A stretch of DNA of 64,000 nucleotides from the human T2T-CHM13v2.0 reference genome, Homo sapiens. Shown here piece by piece: positions 36,340 to 64,000 of the stretch; the first letter of the stretch is position 1, and every line of letters begins with the position of its first letter. Under the pieces are notes generated by a model that searched no databases, had not been told where the DNA came from, and saw nothing but the letters and a program-made list of their open reading frames with translations. The translations under genes were made by a program, and so were the position numbers. The DNA lies in the NCBI RefSeq assembly GCF_009914755.1, contig NC_060925.1. The stretch is one strand, 5' to 3'.

Positions 36340-37260
36340 AATAGAGATGTAAACTTAAGAGGAGGGAACTGCTCTGTGGAGATGAGGAAGCATCACAGAG
36401 ATGGTAACATTTGAGCTAGATCTTCTAGGAAGAATAAGAATTTACTTCTAAAGAAGGGAGTTAATTAAGGACATCATAAAAGGAAGGAACAGCTTGTGCA
36501 AAAAAAAAAAAGATAAGAGAGAGTACCAAGACCCAGAATTGTCTGACATGCATGGAACAGTGAGTATATGTGGAGTATAGGGTATTTTGAGGAAGAAGGG
36601 GAAGTAGAAAACATGGAAATTGAGGCTACAACAGTGGGAAAGAATTCAAACTTTATCCTTTAGGTATTTAAGAGCCAATGGACATTATTATATACGTCGT
36701 TTGTTCTTTGAACTGATTTCTAGGCACATAGGGGATGGATTGGAAAGAGGGAAGAAATTATGGCAAGGAAATGAATTTAAAGTAGTTGTGGTAGTTTAGA
36801 TGAAAGATGATGAGAACCTGAAGTATATCTATGGCAGTGAGGGTTGAGAGAAGTAGATGGAATTGAGAGCTTGTATAATAGTAAAATCAAAAGGATTTGG
36901 TGAACATGGAGTGAGGAAGAGGTAGTGTTATAAATGACTCCAAACTTAGGAAACCAGATGCCGCCATGATAAGATTAAAAAGAAAAATACAGGAAGAGGA
37001 ACAGGTTTCAGTAAGCCAAGAATAGATTCTGTTTCATATACTTTAAGATTATTGTGTTTAGGAAACAGCCAGGTGGAGATATCCAGCATGTGATTGGAAT
37101 ATGACTCTGGGGCAGAAGAGAGATTTGGGCTAGAAATTTAAAAAAAAAAATGTGAGTCATCAATACTAAGAAGGTTCTTCAAGCTGTAGGCTTAAGTGAT
37201 GGTAGAACAGAAAAGGAGAATGCTGAGGACAGAACTGTAGTGAGTACCAGGGGTGTTTAC
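36340..37260 (+). mobile_element. L2 remnant
   Basis: L2-like motifs (GGTAACATTTGAGCTAG, CAGGTGGAGATATCCAG, GAGATTTGGGCTAGA). Confidence 0.6.
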
Positions 37261-38149
37261 GATGGGGCCTAGCAGGAAGGCCCCATAAAGTCTCTAAAAT
37301 GAGTAAGAAGCTTTACATGCTTTGGGTCTTATTTTATTTAACAGTATCTAGAGTTTTTATTGATAGTTTTTTACTCACATTGAAGGATAGCTGAGCTACT
37401 CCTTCAGTTCAATTTCAGAAGACAAAATTTCCAATCTCGTATCTTTGAAATTTTCAATTTGTTCTACTCAGTCTAAAGTGTATGCTTAAAAATAGTGTAA
37501 AACATACTTGCTTGATTTGACTATTCCCTAGTGTGGCATGCACTGTAGGTTAGCTTGCACATCTCTTCTTTTCTTCCGTCTACTATAGACACTAGAAAAT
37601 TAAATACTCTGAGTTCTTAGTTGTCTCTGCATATGGGAAGGGCTGTGTGACACAGTGCTACCAATGAGATGTCAGCAGTAGTTGTTGAGGGGTATTCTAG
37701 GAAGGCTTTTGCTATCCTGATATAAAGGGAAACTAGCATGCTTGCATGAGGATTTACCCTTCCTGCTCCATCTTGGTCTCGATCACTGGACCAAGGCACC
37801 CAAGGCTTATGCTCATTTTATCCAATAAGCCGTGATGAGATGTCTTGGGACTAAAACATTCACAACCAAGTTTCAAATAAAGAGGTTAATAGCTTGGCCT
37901 TCTGGTGTGGAATCAGGTGTGGAATATAGTGCCTATTGGGACCCCTTCTACTAAGTAGAAGTGACACTTTGAGATGTTATTTCTGTTTTGAGGGTTTATA
38001 CACTCAAATCTCCAGCTGTCTCTATTCAAGTATATTTAGGACTATAAATGAGGGTCAGTGCAACTGAATCTTTTTTAAGGTCAAGTTGTTAATTTTCAAA
38101 GTAAAACAAAATTTTTGAAGTAGGAAAGGTGAAATGTTCATTTAGATAG

Positions 38150-39197
<1,048 letters not shown>

Positions 39198-41935
39198 TAG
39201 TTTACCCACATTGTACTTAGGTGAAATAAAAAATTGTTTATATCTCAGTTCAACAGTAGCATCTTTATGTATGTAACTAAGGTTGTGACAATAACACTTT
39301 ACTTTCAGCATGCAGTGTCAGTATTCCAGGAATTTTTGGTCTTCTGTCTTTAATTGTTACTTTTTTAAAAAAGAAGCTTGATTGTACCACTGTTAATCAT
39401 GTGATTTATTCTTTCAGCATCTACTGTGTACAAGGCATCATTTTAGCTCTGTGGTTAAAAGCATTCTTGATTGTTTATATGGATGGTAAAAATTATTCTT
39501 TAACTGCTCAGCTTTATGTTTTAGTCTTTAAAATTGCCAAGCGTAAACAGTGATGTTTTTACCAGATGTATAAGTGTTTTGGAAAAATTGGTTGTTGTTG
39601 GAGAAAAGAAGAACCATGTTTTTTATTTTTGTGCTATATCTTTGCAATGCACATGCAATTTCTTCTCCCTAGAATGTCCTTATAGATTTTTCTGTCCTTC
39701 TCAGGAGACTCCTTTTACACTTTAGTGTTTTATTATACTGTAGTTCCCGTCAGTGCTACAGCTTTGGAAGTAGCAGACTGATAGGGATGCTGTCCTTTGC
39801 AGGCTAGATATTAGACTCTCTCAGTAGTTGTAGATAATTAGCATCTGAGAGAGACTCACATGAGGCTGACCTAAAACTCAGTGATCAGAATGCTTGAGTC
39901 ATCCCCCTTTTAAGTAGCATGGTACTTTTGGAAGAATTTTCCATCAGAGGACTGCTTAATGAGTTTAGAATCAGAAACAGAAATATAACGATCTGGAGCA
40001 TGGATGTGAGATATTTCACTTAAGCTCTGGGAAAACCCAGTGTAATATTCCTACTTTACAACAACAACCTTTGTAGTAACCTGATAGGCTATACCTGTGA
40101 GATCCAGAATCTTTCTGAATGATGTTAAACATATACTTCATAGATTTTGCCTTTCTGAATGACTTTTAAGCTTTATTGAGGTATAATTGAGGTACATATT
40201 TTATGTATACATTTTGATGAGTTTGGGCATATGTATATACCCATGATATCACCGCAATCAAGGTTCTAAACATATGTATCACCTCCAAAAATTCTTTTAT
40301 ATATATATACACATACACATACATGATATATATGTTTTGGGGATTTTTTTTTTTTTTTTTAGAGATGGGGCCTCACTATGTTGCCTAGGCATGGCAAACT
40401 CCTGGGCTTAAGGGATCCCCCCGCCTCAACCTCCCAAAGTACTGGGATTACAGGCATGAGCCACTAGGCTCAGCCTCCTCCGAAAATTCTTATGTTTGAA
40501 CCACATCTTTTGTCCTGGTTGCCCTCTTACTAGTTATTCATGTATCTCCTCCTCTAGAGATTGCTTCTTTATATTACTTAGAATTTTCCACAGTCTATAG
40601 CAAAATGCTTTGTGTACATTAAAAGCAATTAGTAAATATTTGTTAAAAGAATAATTATTTTAATTAAGAGGCATAGATTGTCTTTTCTCTGCATGTTTAT
40701 ATAATGTGATCATACAAAAATCCAAATATCTTATTTCTAATTATTTGTCAGTAATTTGTGACTTTTACCTAGTAATTTAGCACCTGAATTTCTACATATG
40801 AAATATGAATATAAGATACAAATTTTCAAGCCAGGCATGGTGACTCACACCTGTAGTCCCAGCTACTTAGGGGGCTGAGGTGGGAGGATCAGTTGAGCCT
40901 AGGAGGTCGAGGCTGTAGTAAGCCGTGATCAAACCGCTGTATTCCAGCCTGGGTGACAGAGCAAGACCCTGTCGCAAAGAAAAGATACAAATTTGTATCT
41001 TATATATTATCTGGAATGACTTTTTAAACATAATAAAAGTATTTTAGGTATTTTATAAGTACTTAAAGGTAATTCTGAAAATTTCTTAGACCATCCCCGT
41101 TAATTTCAGCTAGAAAAGTGATGATATAAGTTCACTTTGTTATGCTCATTCCCTTAAATATGAAATGCATTTTATAGGCTTCTTTTACCAAGTTATTTGA
41201 CTCTTCTTCTTGATATTTCACTGGTGAAGTTTTTCATGATGACTGAATCTAAAAAAAAAAAAATCTGTATTTGGTGAGTTTCTTGGGCTTGTAAAAATAG
41301 TTGTACAGAAATTTGGATAATACATAAGAAAAAACAAAACAAAACCTCATTTTGAATTGCTAAATCATCCTAGAAACTCTTCCCTCTCCTTGCCTCCCAG
41401 CATTCACATGAATTACAGTTATTAAATATTCACAGTACCACAGGAGATGCGTGGTTTACCCTAAAGCATCCAGAGGCCTGCTCTGCTACTGAAAGCTTCT
41501 TGATTTTGAGTAAGTCACGTAACCAAACTAGTTTCTTCATCTGTAAAAGGAGGGCATTATGCTAGATGATCCAATGATCCATTCTATTCCATATCTAGAT
41601 CTCCACACAAGCAAGAATGGGCTGTTTTCATATTTAAGGACTTGTGAAGAACACCAACTTGTAAAACTTATAGACACATACATATATACTGTGATCCTGT
41701 AAGGCAGTGTTCATCAAATTTGAGCAATTTACAGATACCCCACCACCTTTTTGTCCAGAACCCATTTTAGAGGAAAATAATTATTGCAGCTTCTAAAGAA
41801 TATGTCCTTTAACACAAGTTTAGACAACACCTACTTAAATGTACAGGAAATGCCCAACTTACAGACTTCTACAGTTTATGTATACTAGCTCCAGCCATCA
41901 TGCTTCTCTAAAGCCTCTGTTTAAAAACCAAAAAC

Positions 41936-48071
<6,136 letters not shown>

Positions 48072-48084
48072 AAAAACCAATAAC

Positions 48085-48490
<406 letters not shown>

Positions 48491-49151
48491 AAAAATCAAT
48501 AAGTAAAAAAACCCAGCAACAACAAATGGTAGAATAATCTGAAAAAGAGAGAGATTCTTTTCCTTCTCCCTTCTTGTACCTATTGTTCCTTTTGTCTTGG
48601 GATTTCAAAACTCAGGCCAGTGGCATTTAAGCTTTTTTGATATAACCTGCAGTTTACGAGGGGAAGCAGTGATGCGTATCTATACAAATTTGTGTGTGTA
48701 CATACACACAATTGAACATGCTTAACTAAATGAAATGTATGCTGTTACTTTCTATTTCATTTTTTAATGCTTCTTATGAGGCACTGAATTTTACAACTAA
48801 ACCTAGTCCCCATTTACAGCACTCTTACCATAGAAAAATGCAAACCTCCAAATAAACTTTTAGATTCAACTTTTAAATACTACTTATTTATAAATTGAAG
48901 AATGTCTGTTTATGAACTTATTCACTTATTTTGTAATCATACCGAAACCTCAGTGATTCAGACCAATTTGACAGGAGCAATTCAACATATGTAGTACTTT
49001 TAAATGAAGCTTATCATATTTAATATCTCTAGATATGAAATTAGACCCAAATTAATCTAACAAAATCTTGACCTGGAGGCTCTTTGGAGTCCTGCTAAAT
49101 CATCATTTAGCTTGCCATTTTCTTTACTATTTTAATTTTAATAAACTTTGA

Positions 49152-49485
<334 letters not shown>

Positions 49486-49882
49486 TCAGTCCAAACTTTT
49501 TATATTGTCTTTAATTTGAAATTTAACTATTAATTGAAGCGTGTTAACTTGGGCTTAATTTTTAAAATGGATAAGCATAACCACCTGATCTAAAAGTTTT
49601 ATTGCTATAGTAGCTCAATTTAAATGGTTTATGTAGACCAGGCATGTTGGCTTATGCCTACAATCCCAGCACTTTGGGAGGTGGAGGCAACAGGATCACT
49701 TGAGCCCAAGAGTTTGAGACCAATCTGGGCAACACAGTGAGACATCATCTCTACAAAAAATTTAAAAAAAAAATCACCAAGCTAATTACATTTCTTTATC
49801 GCTTGAATTACAAACATTTAAGGGGAGAAAAGAGCTTATAATAATACTGCCATCTTCTCTCTCTCCCCCATCATTCCTATAG

Positions 49883-50456
49883 GTGTACCAACATTCGACC
49901 AGGAGAGACTGGAATGGATGTAACAAGCCGCTGCACCCTTGGAGACCCCAACAAACTGCCAGAAGGGGTTCCCCAACCTGCCCGCATGCCCTATATCTCA
50001 GACAAGCACCCTCGACAAACCTTGGAAGTGATTAACCTTCTGAGAAAGCACCGGGAGCTATGTGATGTGGTGCTAGTTGTGGGCGCCAAGAAGATATATG
50101 CCCATCGAGTCATTTTGTCAGCCTGTAGTCCCTACTTCCGAGCTATGTTTACAGGAGAATTGGCAGAGAGCCGTCAGACAGAAGTAGTGATCCGAGACAT
50201 TGACGAGAGGGCTATGGAATTACTGATTGACTTTGCGTATACCTCCCAGATAACAGTAGAAGAGGGCAATGTTCAGACTCTTCTGCCAGCTGCTTGCCTC
50301 CTCCAGCTGGCAGAAATACAGGAAGCCTGCTGTGAATTCTTAAAGAGACAATTAGATCCTTCTAACTGCCTGGGCATTCGGGCTTTTGCTGACACACATT
50401 CATGTCGTGAGTTGCTAAGGATAGCAGACAAGTTCACCCAACATAACTTTCAAGAG
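49883..50456 (+). CDS. KLHL20: KLHL20 exon 3: BTB/POZ domain and start of BACK
   Basis: Acceptor CCTATAG| at 49882 and donor GAG|GTGAGT at 50456. Encodes [31 protein letters not shown]...[14 protein letters not shown]. Confidence 0.95.
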
Positions 50457-51333
50457 GTGAGTTGCACTTGGTGTTCCAATGCACCCATTTGTTGGAGAGC
50501 AATATGGGTTCACATTCTGCTAAATAACACTTGCCTGGGTATTTCCTGCTGATTCTAACTCATAATAGCAAATAAATAAGTTATTATAAATCCTAAACCT
50601 GGCTTTTATTTTAGAGGGCAATTTTGTGTTCTACCAGCAAGTTAAGATTTAGGGATTTATTCTCCCTAACTGTATTCATAAAAGTATTTAAAAAAAAATT
50701 TTTTAAAAGGTTTATTTATAAGCCAAAATAGAGTAATTCACAAGAGGATCTATGCCTGATAGGATACCTGGTATCATGATTTATATAAGATATTTCCTTC
50801 CTGATTATGTGGATTATTCAGAATAAATTATAGATTATAGGTTGTTTGGTAAACTAATAATCTGAAAAGATGAGTTTAGATGTTATCAAAATAATTTTCA
50901 TTAAACCTATCTTTCCCTTATTTATTTAACAAATATTTGTAAAGCTACTATGTTTCAGCCACTGTGCTTGGGAGCATAGGGTACAATAGTGAACAAGAAA
51001 TCTAGAGTCTCTGTATTCATGGAGTTTATAATCTAGCAGGGAAGATAATCATTAAATGCTTAATTATACAAATAATTAACTACAGTTAATGGGTGTTACA
51101 AAGAAGCAGTCCTGGATGATTTAAGAGTGTATTACAGAGAAATTTAACTTTGGTGCTGGAACAACTTGTGCAAAATCCCAAGACATTAAAAAGCATCACT
51201 AGTTTGAAGACCTGAAAAAAACCCAGTGAGACCCAGAGACCAAGGGGGGTAGAGGATGTTACATAGTGATTACACAGAAAGAAGAGGGCTAAATCACACT
51301 GAGGTTGATAGACTATGTTAAGAATTTGAGATT

Positions 51334-51635
<302 letters not shown>

Positions 51636-51774
51636 GAATTTGAGATTGATCCTAAGAGTGCTAGAAAACCATTAAAGGGTTTTAAGCAAAGACAAAACAT
51701 GGTCTGTTTTACAACTTTTTAAAAAATCATATTTTTATTTATTTTGCAGTAAAGTGGTCAGCTCAGGACCATAG

Positions 51775-57505
<5,731 letters not shown>

Positions 57506-57808
57506 TACATATTTTCTATTTTATACTTTAATACCACCCTTCTGTCCACCAGGATGACCTCCAATGGATCAAACGTTTAAACATACAAAATAAAACCATG
57601 AAAATATTACACAATGATATGGAGCAATTTCTTTATAATCTTGAAGTGAAAAAGGTCTTTCTAATTGACTAACCCAGAAAAGACAGAAGATAAAATTGAT
57701 AGATTTGACTACATACAATTCAAAATTTTCTGCATGGTAAAACAAAGCAAAATAAAAATTACAAGACAAAAGTCAAAGCCAAGCTGGGGAAAAATATCTG
57801 TAAATCGT

Positions 57809-58159
57809 CCTTTCTGGTGGTGATGACCTTCCCACAAGAACATGCCTCTTGCAAAGGATCTCCTTCATCCCTCTCCAGAAGAGGAGAAGAGGAAACACAA
57901 GAAGAAATGCCTGGTTCAGAGCCCCAATTCCTACTTCATGGATGTGGAATGCCCAGGATGCTATAAAATCACCATGGTCTTTAGCCATGCACAAACTGTA
58001 GTTTTGTGTGTTGGCTGCTCCACTGTCCTCTGCCAGCCTACAGGAGGAAAAGCAAGGCTTACAAGAAGGATGTTCCTTCAGATGAAAGCAGCACTAAAAG
58101 CACTCTGAATCAAGATAAGTGGGAAACCATCTCGATAAACACATTTTGGATAAAAAAAA
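57809..58159 (+). pseudogene. RPS27 processed pseudogene
   Basis: Intronless [22 protein letters not shown]...[11 protein letters not shown] with TOP-like CCTTTC 5' end, a +1 frameshift near the C-terminus and a short A-tail. Inserted in an old L1M. Confidence 0.95.
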
Positions 58160-58764
58160 TTGTAACTTGTATCATAGACGACATTAATCTCCTTATGTCA
58201 AGAGCTTCTGTTGGTCAATAACACAAACCGATGACCTAACAGAAAAATGGGCCATAAACAGAAAAGAAATTCAGATTCCCCTTAAACATATGAAATATGC
58301 TTGTTTAAAATAACTAAAACACAAAACTACATCAAAGTAACATTTTTTATCTATCAGATTACAAATATCCAGAAGTTTTGTACACCCTGTTGGCAAGGCT
58401 GTGGGAAATAAGATCATTGCTAGTGTGAGTATAAATTAGTACAACCCTTTTGAAAGGAACTACGGCGGTATCTATCAAAGTTACATACTTTTTACACACA
58501 CTATTTTGACTCAGCTTCCTACTTCTGGAAATTTGTACTACAGGTGTACTGGAGAATGGAACAGTTTGGCACCATAAACAAGGTCAACAAATCAATACCA
58601 ATGAGATCATCTGAGAAAGGGAGAGAGAAGAAAAAAGCCCTAAAATTTTTCCAATATTGAGGGATAAGTGACTGGCAATGGTAACAGGGAATATTTAGAG
58701 AGGATAGAAGAAAAGAGCAAGCATGGGTTGTGAGATGCAAAGGAAGAGATTATTTTAAGAAGGA

Positions 58765-58955
58765 TATATACGTATATATACGTGCAGATATATACACATA
58801 CGTGTATATACGTGTATGTATATACACGTATGTGTATATATATGCATATATCGTATGTATATGTGTACATATACATATGTACACATGTATGTATATACAT
58901 GTGTGTATATATGTAAATATGTATATATACACGTATATTTCAGCATATATATATG
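58765..58955. repeat. Alternating purine-pyrimidine (TA/TG/CA/CG) microsatellite
   Basis: About 190 bp of nearly perfect RY alternation. Confidence 0.95.
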
Positions 58956-59849
58956 CTGAAGTAAAAGTTATTAATAGTATTAGGCCCATTGGCCTTAAGA
59001 AACATTAAAACATTATAAACATTTTGGTACTACAGAAGAATCTACGCAGGATGCAATCCAGACACCATAAAAAGATTGGTTTGATTGCATAAAAGTTAAA
59101 ATTTTTTGTTCTTTCCAACATAAAAAGCATCATGAACTAAAAAATCAATGTCAAACTCAGAAAATCTATTTGGAACATACATGACAGAAAAATGGTAATT
59201 CCCATGAGCTCATCCAAATTTAATCAGAAAAAAAAACATGAAAAATACAATGGAAAAATAAGCATAGGGTACAATAAGGAATGTGTAAAAAAAAAAAGGT
59301 GGTCAAATGGAAAATAAACATGAAAGGATGCTCAACCTCACCTATAATTAAAGAAACATATTTCAAAACAAAATACCACTTTTTTAGCCTTATATTGGAA
59401 AAATACTATTTAAACTTTATTTGAAAAATATTCAAATTTATAGGAAATCACAGGAATAAGACAAAACTTTTATGTACGCTTTGTCCAGATTCACCAGTTG
59501 TTAACATTTTGCCTCATTTACCTTGTCATTCTTTCCTTGCTCTATGAATATTTTTATCTGGGTAATTGGAGAGTATATTGCCAATATCATATTCCTTTAC
59601 TCCTGAATTCTCCTATACTCCTTTTATATTCCTTTACTCCTTTACTTTCATATTCCTTTATTCCTGAACACTTACTATGATGGTTGCAAAGTGGTGATTT
59701 TTTTAAAAAAAAAACTCCATTTTCTGTCTACATTCTGCTATAAGAAAGAATTTTTCTTAACCCGTATTCATTGATTAGCACTGTGGACTCATGGCTTATT
59801 CTATTCAGTAGATTAGTGTCCTTTGTTGCTATTTATTATTTTGATTCAT

Positions 59850-62800
59850 GGTAGGTTCTGGTTTATCCGTCTTGTGTTTCCTTTTGGAAAATTAAATACA
59901 TGTATGTTTTCCTATTTCTATGTCTTTCTTGCATGCTATATATTTTGTTGCACCTTGCCTTTTAATATTTTCTGGAATTCATTCCATATTAGTTGTTTTA
60001 GATGGTCCTTGTTTTTCATAGCTGCATTGTACTCCTTGTGTGGATGTACCACTGTTGGTTCAATCAGTCTCCAATGTTTGAGCATTTAGGTAGCTTTAAA
60101 TATTTTGCCATCACAAATAATGCTGCAATGAATAACATCTTATATGAACATGTCAATATTGTTGGAAGTTTATCTTTAGAATAAATTCCTAGAAATAGGA
60201 TTGCAAGGCCTAAGTTTAACTTCATTTAAGTATCACCAATTTCTCTTCCATGGGGATTGAATCATTCTAACCAGTAATATATGAGGATAAATGTTTGTCC
60301 ACAGCCTCACCAACAGATTGTATTGCCAGCCTTTGGAATTTTTGCTAATTTAACAGATAAGAAGGGAATTTCAGTATCATTTTAATGTATACTTCTCTGA
60401 AAATAACTAAAGTTGAACATCTTTACTATTTTTAAGGGCCATATGTATAATTTTTGTGAATTGTGTTTTAATGTATTTTGCCCATTTTGCTATTAAGATT
60501 TTTGGTTTTTTCTTCAATTTTTTAAAGTTCTCTATATATTAACAGTGTTAGCCTTTTATCCATGATACATGTCACAAATATTTTTTTCCAGTTTGCATTT
60601 GTCTTTCAAGTTTGCTTATTGTATTTTTGATAATACAAAAGTTTTTGGTTTTTTTAAAGTCAAATGTATCAGTCTTTTCTTTTATGGTATCTGGATTTTG
60701 AGGCAGTTTGAAAGGTGTCCCCAAACCCAGGTTACAGAGAAATTTACACATATTTTTTCTAGCATGTAAATGGTCTTAGTTTATCTTTGTGTATGGTGTG
60801 AAATATGGACCTAATTTTATCTTTTTCCAAATGGCCATCTAGTCTAAATACCGTTTATTTAAAAGCCTTTCTTTGCCCCACTGATTTCAGATAGCATCTT
60901 TATTATACACTAAATTTCTGTATGTACTTGGTTTTGGACCTTCTGTTCTAGGCCATATACCAGTATGATACTGTTTTCTATTTATTATGGCTTAATTACT
61001 AAAGTTTTATAATGAATTTTAGTATGTATGCGGTAGGACTAGTAAACCCCTCCCCATCATGTAACTCTTTTGTTTTTCATTGTTTTCCAAGCTTTCTTGC
61101 TATTTATTTTTCCAGATGAACTTTAATGTCACCTTATCTAGTTCCAATAAAATAACTTGTTGGCATATTTATTGGGATCATATTAATTTATAAGTAAACT
61201 TAAGAACAGTCATTTTATGATGTTGAGTTGTCCTATCCAATAACAAGATTTTATTTCTTCAATTGTATTTTTGTATCTCTTGGGAACGTTTTATGGTTTT
61301 ATTCATCTAACTTTTATACATTTCTTTTTTCTTTTTTTTTTTTTTTTTTTGAGACGGAGTCTGGCTGTGTCACCCAGGGTGGAGTGCAATGACGTGACCT
61401 CCACTCACTGCAACCTCCGTTCAAGCAATTCTCCTGCCTCAGCTTCCCGGGAAGCTGAGATTACAGGCGTGCACCACCAGGCCTGGCTAATTTTTGTATT
61501 TTTAGTAGAGACAAGGTTTCACCATGTTGGCCAGGCTGGTCTCGAATGCCTGACCTCAAATGATCCGCCCTCCTTGGCCTCCCAAAGTGCTAAGATTACA
61601 GGTGTGAGCCACCCCACCCAGCCTACATTTCCTTTTAAATTCACTTCTTAGTATTTTTTGTTGCTATCAAAAATAGGTTTTTCTCCTCCATTATATCTTC
61701 TAACTGGTAATCATTAATGTATATGAAAGCTGCCTCACTGAATTTTTTAATTATTTGTGTTACATTTACCATTGATTCTTTAGAGTTTTTTTGGAATCCT
61801 ATTATATCACCTGCATATCAGTAGTTTTATTTCTTCCTTTCCAATTGTTCATGCTTCTAATTGTTTTCTTTTGTCTAGTTGCTTGATAACTCTAGTAAAA
61901 TGTTAAATGGTAATGGAAATATTGTACATACTTATTTGTTTCTGACATTAGTAGGAATGCCTCTGGTGTTTTCCCATTAAGTAATATACTGGCTTTAGGA
62001 TTGAGGTATAGATATTTTATCATGTTTAGAAAGTATTTGCTTGAACCCAGGAGGCGGAGGTTGCAGTGAGCTGAGACTGCGCCACTGCACTCCAGCCTGG
62101 GCAACAGAGTGAGACTTTGTCTCCAAAAAAAAAAAGTATTCATGTCCAACAATTCCTATTCTCTTGAATACTTTTTATTAGGAGCAGTGTTGAATTTTGT
62201 CAAAGACTTTTTCAGTTTTTATGGAGATAATCATATGAACTTTCTCCTTAAACCCATTAATGTAACTTACATTAATGGAATCCTACAAGTGAAAACATCT
62301 TTGAATTATTGGCATACACCTTTTGATTATAGTGGTGTTAGAATCTATTCGCTAATATTCAGTATTTTTACATCAATATTCATAAATGATATTAGTCTTT
62401 AATTTCCTTGTACTGTCTTTGTCAAGTTAAGTATGAATATTATACTTCATGAAAATGAGTTGGAAGTTTTCTTCATGTTCTGTGCTCTGAAACAAATGTA
62501 CTATGCAGACTATGGTCTGTAAAAGTTTGATAGAATTTCCCTCTGAAATCATCTAGGCTTCGTGCTTTTTTGTAAAGTAATTTATTGTTAAGTTTTTCTG
62601 TTTCTTCTATGAAATTTTCTTTCTTTTCAGGCATCAATTTGGGTAAACTGTATTTCCCTAGAAAATTACCAATTTCATCTAGGTTTTCAAATTTATCTGT
62701 ATAGAGGTATACAAAGTAATCTCTTTAATTTTTAAATTTCTGTAGCAGTGGTTATTTACCCTTAATACTTTGATTTTGTATGTGTGTTTTTAATGTTTCT

Positions 62801-64000
62801 TTCCTGAATAAGTTAACTAATAATCCATTTTAACTTTTTTCAAACAAAGAGGATTTTTTACTTATTAATTAGATCTACCTTTTTGCTTGATTGTATTTCA
62901 TTCTGGTTTTACCTTTATTATCTTCTTGCTTGTACTTTCTTTTGGCTTATTCTTTTTCTAGCTGTTTGAGTTGAGACTTAATTTATTTTCATTCTTTTGT
63001 ATTAACTACTATAAGTATTTAAAGCTATTCTTCTCGGATCACTAGTTTTAATATATTTAATTGATTCTAGTCTTTAGTGCTTCATTATCAGTTTTATAGA
63101 AATTCTGTTTATATTTCTGTAACTCAAAAGCTATTAATAGTTTTTTTTAATTTCTAGATGGAAGGGTTTTTTGTGTTTTTTAATTTCATTTTTAATTGCT
63201 AGTTTTAGTGCACTTTGATCAGTGTTTGCAGTAATTCTACTCTATGAAATTTGCTTTCTTGGTAACCTAATATATGATCAATTTTTCTATTTTATGTGTG
63301 CTTGAGAAAAATGTGTATTTTCTAGTTTCTGTTCTCATAATATAGTATTTGATATGTATGCATAAGATATACCTTATTGATTATGTCGCTTGGCTCTTCT
63401 ATATTCCTTTTTTGTCCTTGGACCTGTGTGTTAAAGTCTCTTATTATCAGTGTGTCTATTTCTCTTTATATCATCTATAGGTAGTTACTGTGTTGCCTTA
63501 TACATAATCATAACTTTATGTCTTGATGATAAATTGTGACTTTGAGCTTTGTAAAGTGTTCTCCCTTGTCAGATTTAATTCATTTGTTGTCTAAGTTCTA
63601 GTTTGTCTGATATCTGGATTTCAACTCGTTTTCTTATTGTTTCCATTTGACTGTATATATTTGTTCTTCCCATTACTTTTAGCCTGTTCAAAATATGATG
63701 TTTTAAGTAATTTTCTTGAATTAGTGTGGAACTGAGTTTTGCTTTATGAGCAGATTTGAAATCCTTTCCTTTAAATAGGCAATTTAAGCCCATTTGCATT
63801 TATTGCTCTGACTGATATGTTTGTTTTCAACTCTATCATATTTTTATAAATAGTACCTGATTCAGTTATATTTACTGTATTTCTTTTTCTATGTGGAATC
63901 TTCTTTGCTTTTTATTTTAATTTCTTTTGGTATATAGGAAAGTTTATATTTTTGTTCCACTGGTTACTTTTACAAACTAGAAAAGAGCAAATTAAACCCA
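59850..64000 (-). mobile_element. Ancient L1M remnant with Alus at 61322-61623 (-) and 62040-62135 (+, 5'-truncated)
   Basis: T-rich reverse L1 ORF2-like sequence ([17 protein letters not shown]); Alu segments. Confidence 0.7.

Noticed and set aside
58640-59008. Tyr/Ile/Val-rich ORFs on both strands
   Set aside because: Translation of the RY microsatellite.

Overview
Primate (human-like) genomic DNA, rich in repeats and containing the 5' end of KLHL20 on the + strand. KLHL20 is the BTB-BACK-Kelch CUL3 adaptor. Visible parts are a CpG-island promoter at about 31.0-31.8 kb, non-coding exon 1, exon 2 with the start codon, and exon 3 encoding the BTB domain. Upstream lies a degenerate HERV-IP10F/LTR10F provirus (- strand; tRNA-Pro PBS, gag, pro, fragmented pol, env) nested in a MER4A-type LTR. 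The upstream region also has other LTRs (MER11, LTR16 with ERV-L gag remnant, MER50, MER4A, LTR8), a 5'-truncated L1PA and many Alus. The KLHL20 introns hold a full-length but dead L1PA4/5-type element, an internally deleted L1PB carrying six Alus, and an RPS27 processed pseudogene. I see no evidence for a wholly new biological system. The most testable leads concern KLHL20 expression: an overlapping upstream ORF, an intronic polyadenylation route to a BTB-only protein, a possible exon-3 circRNA ORF, and divergent spliced antisense exons. Repeat family names come from recalled consensus sequences, not from a RepeatMasker run.
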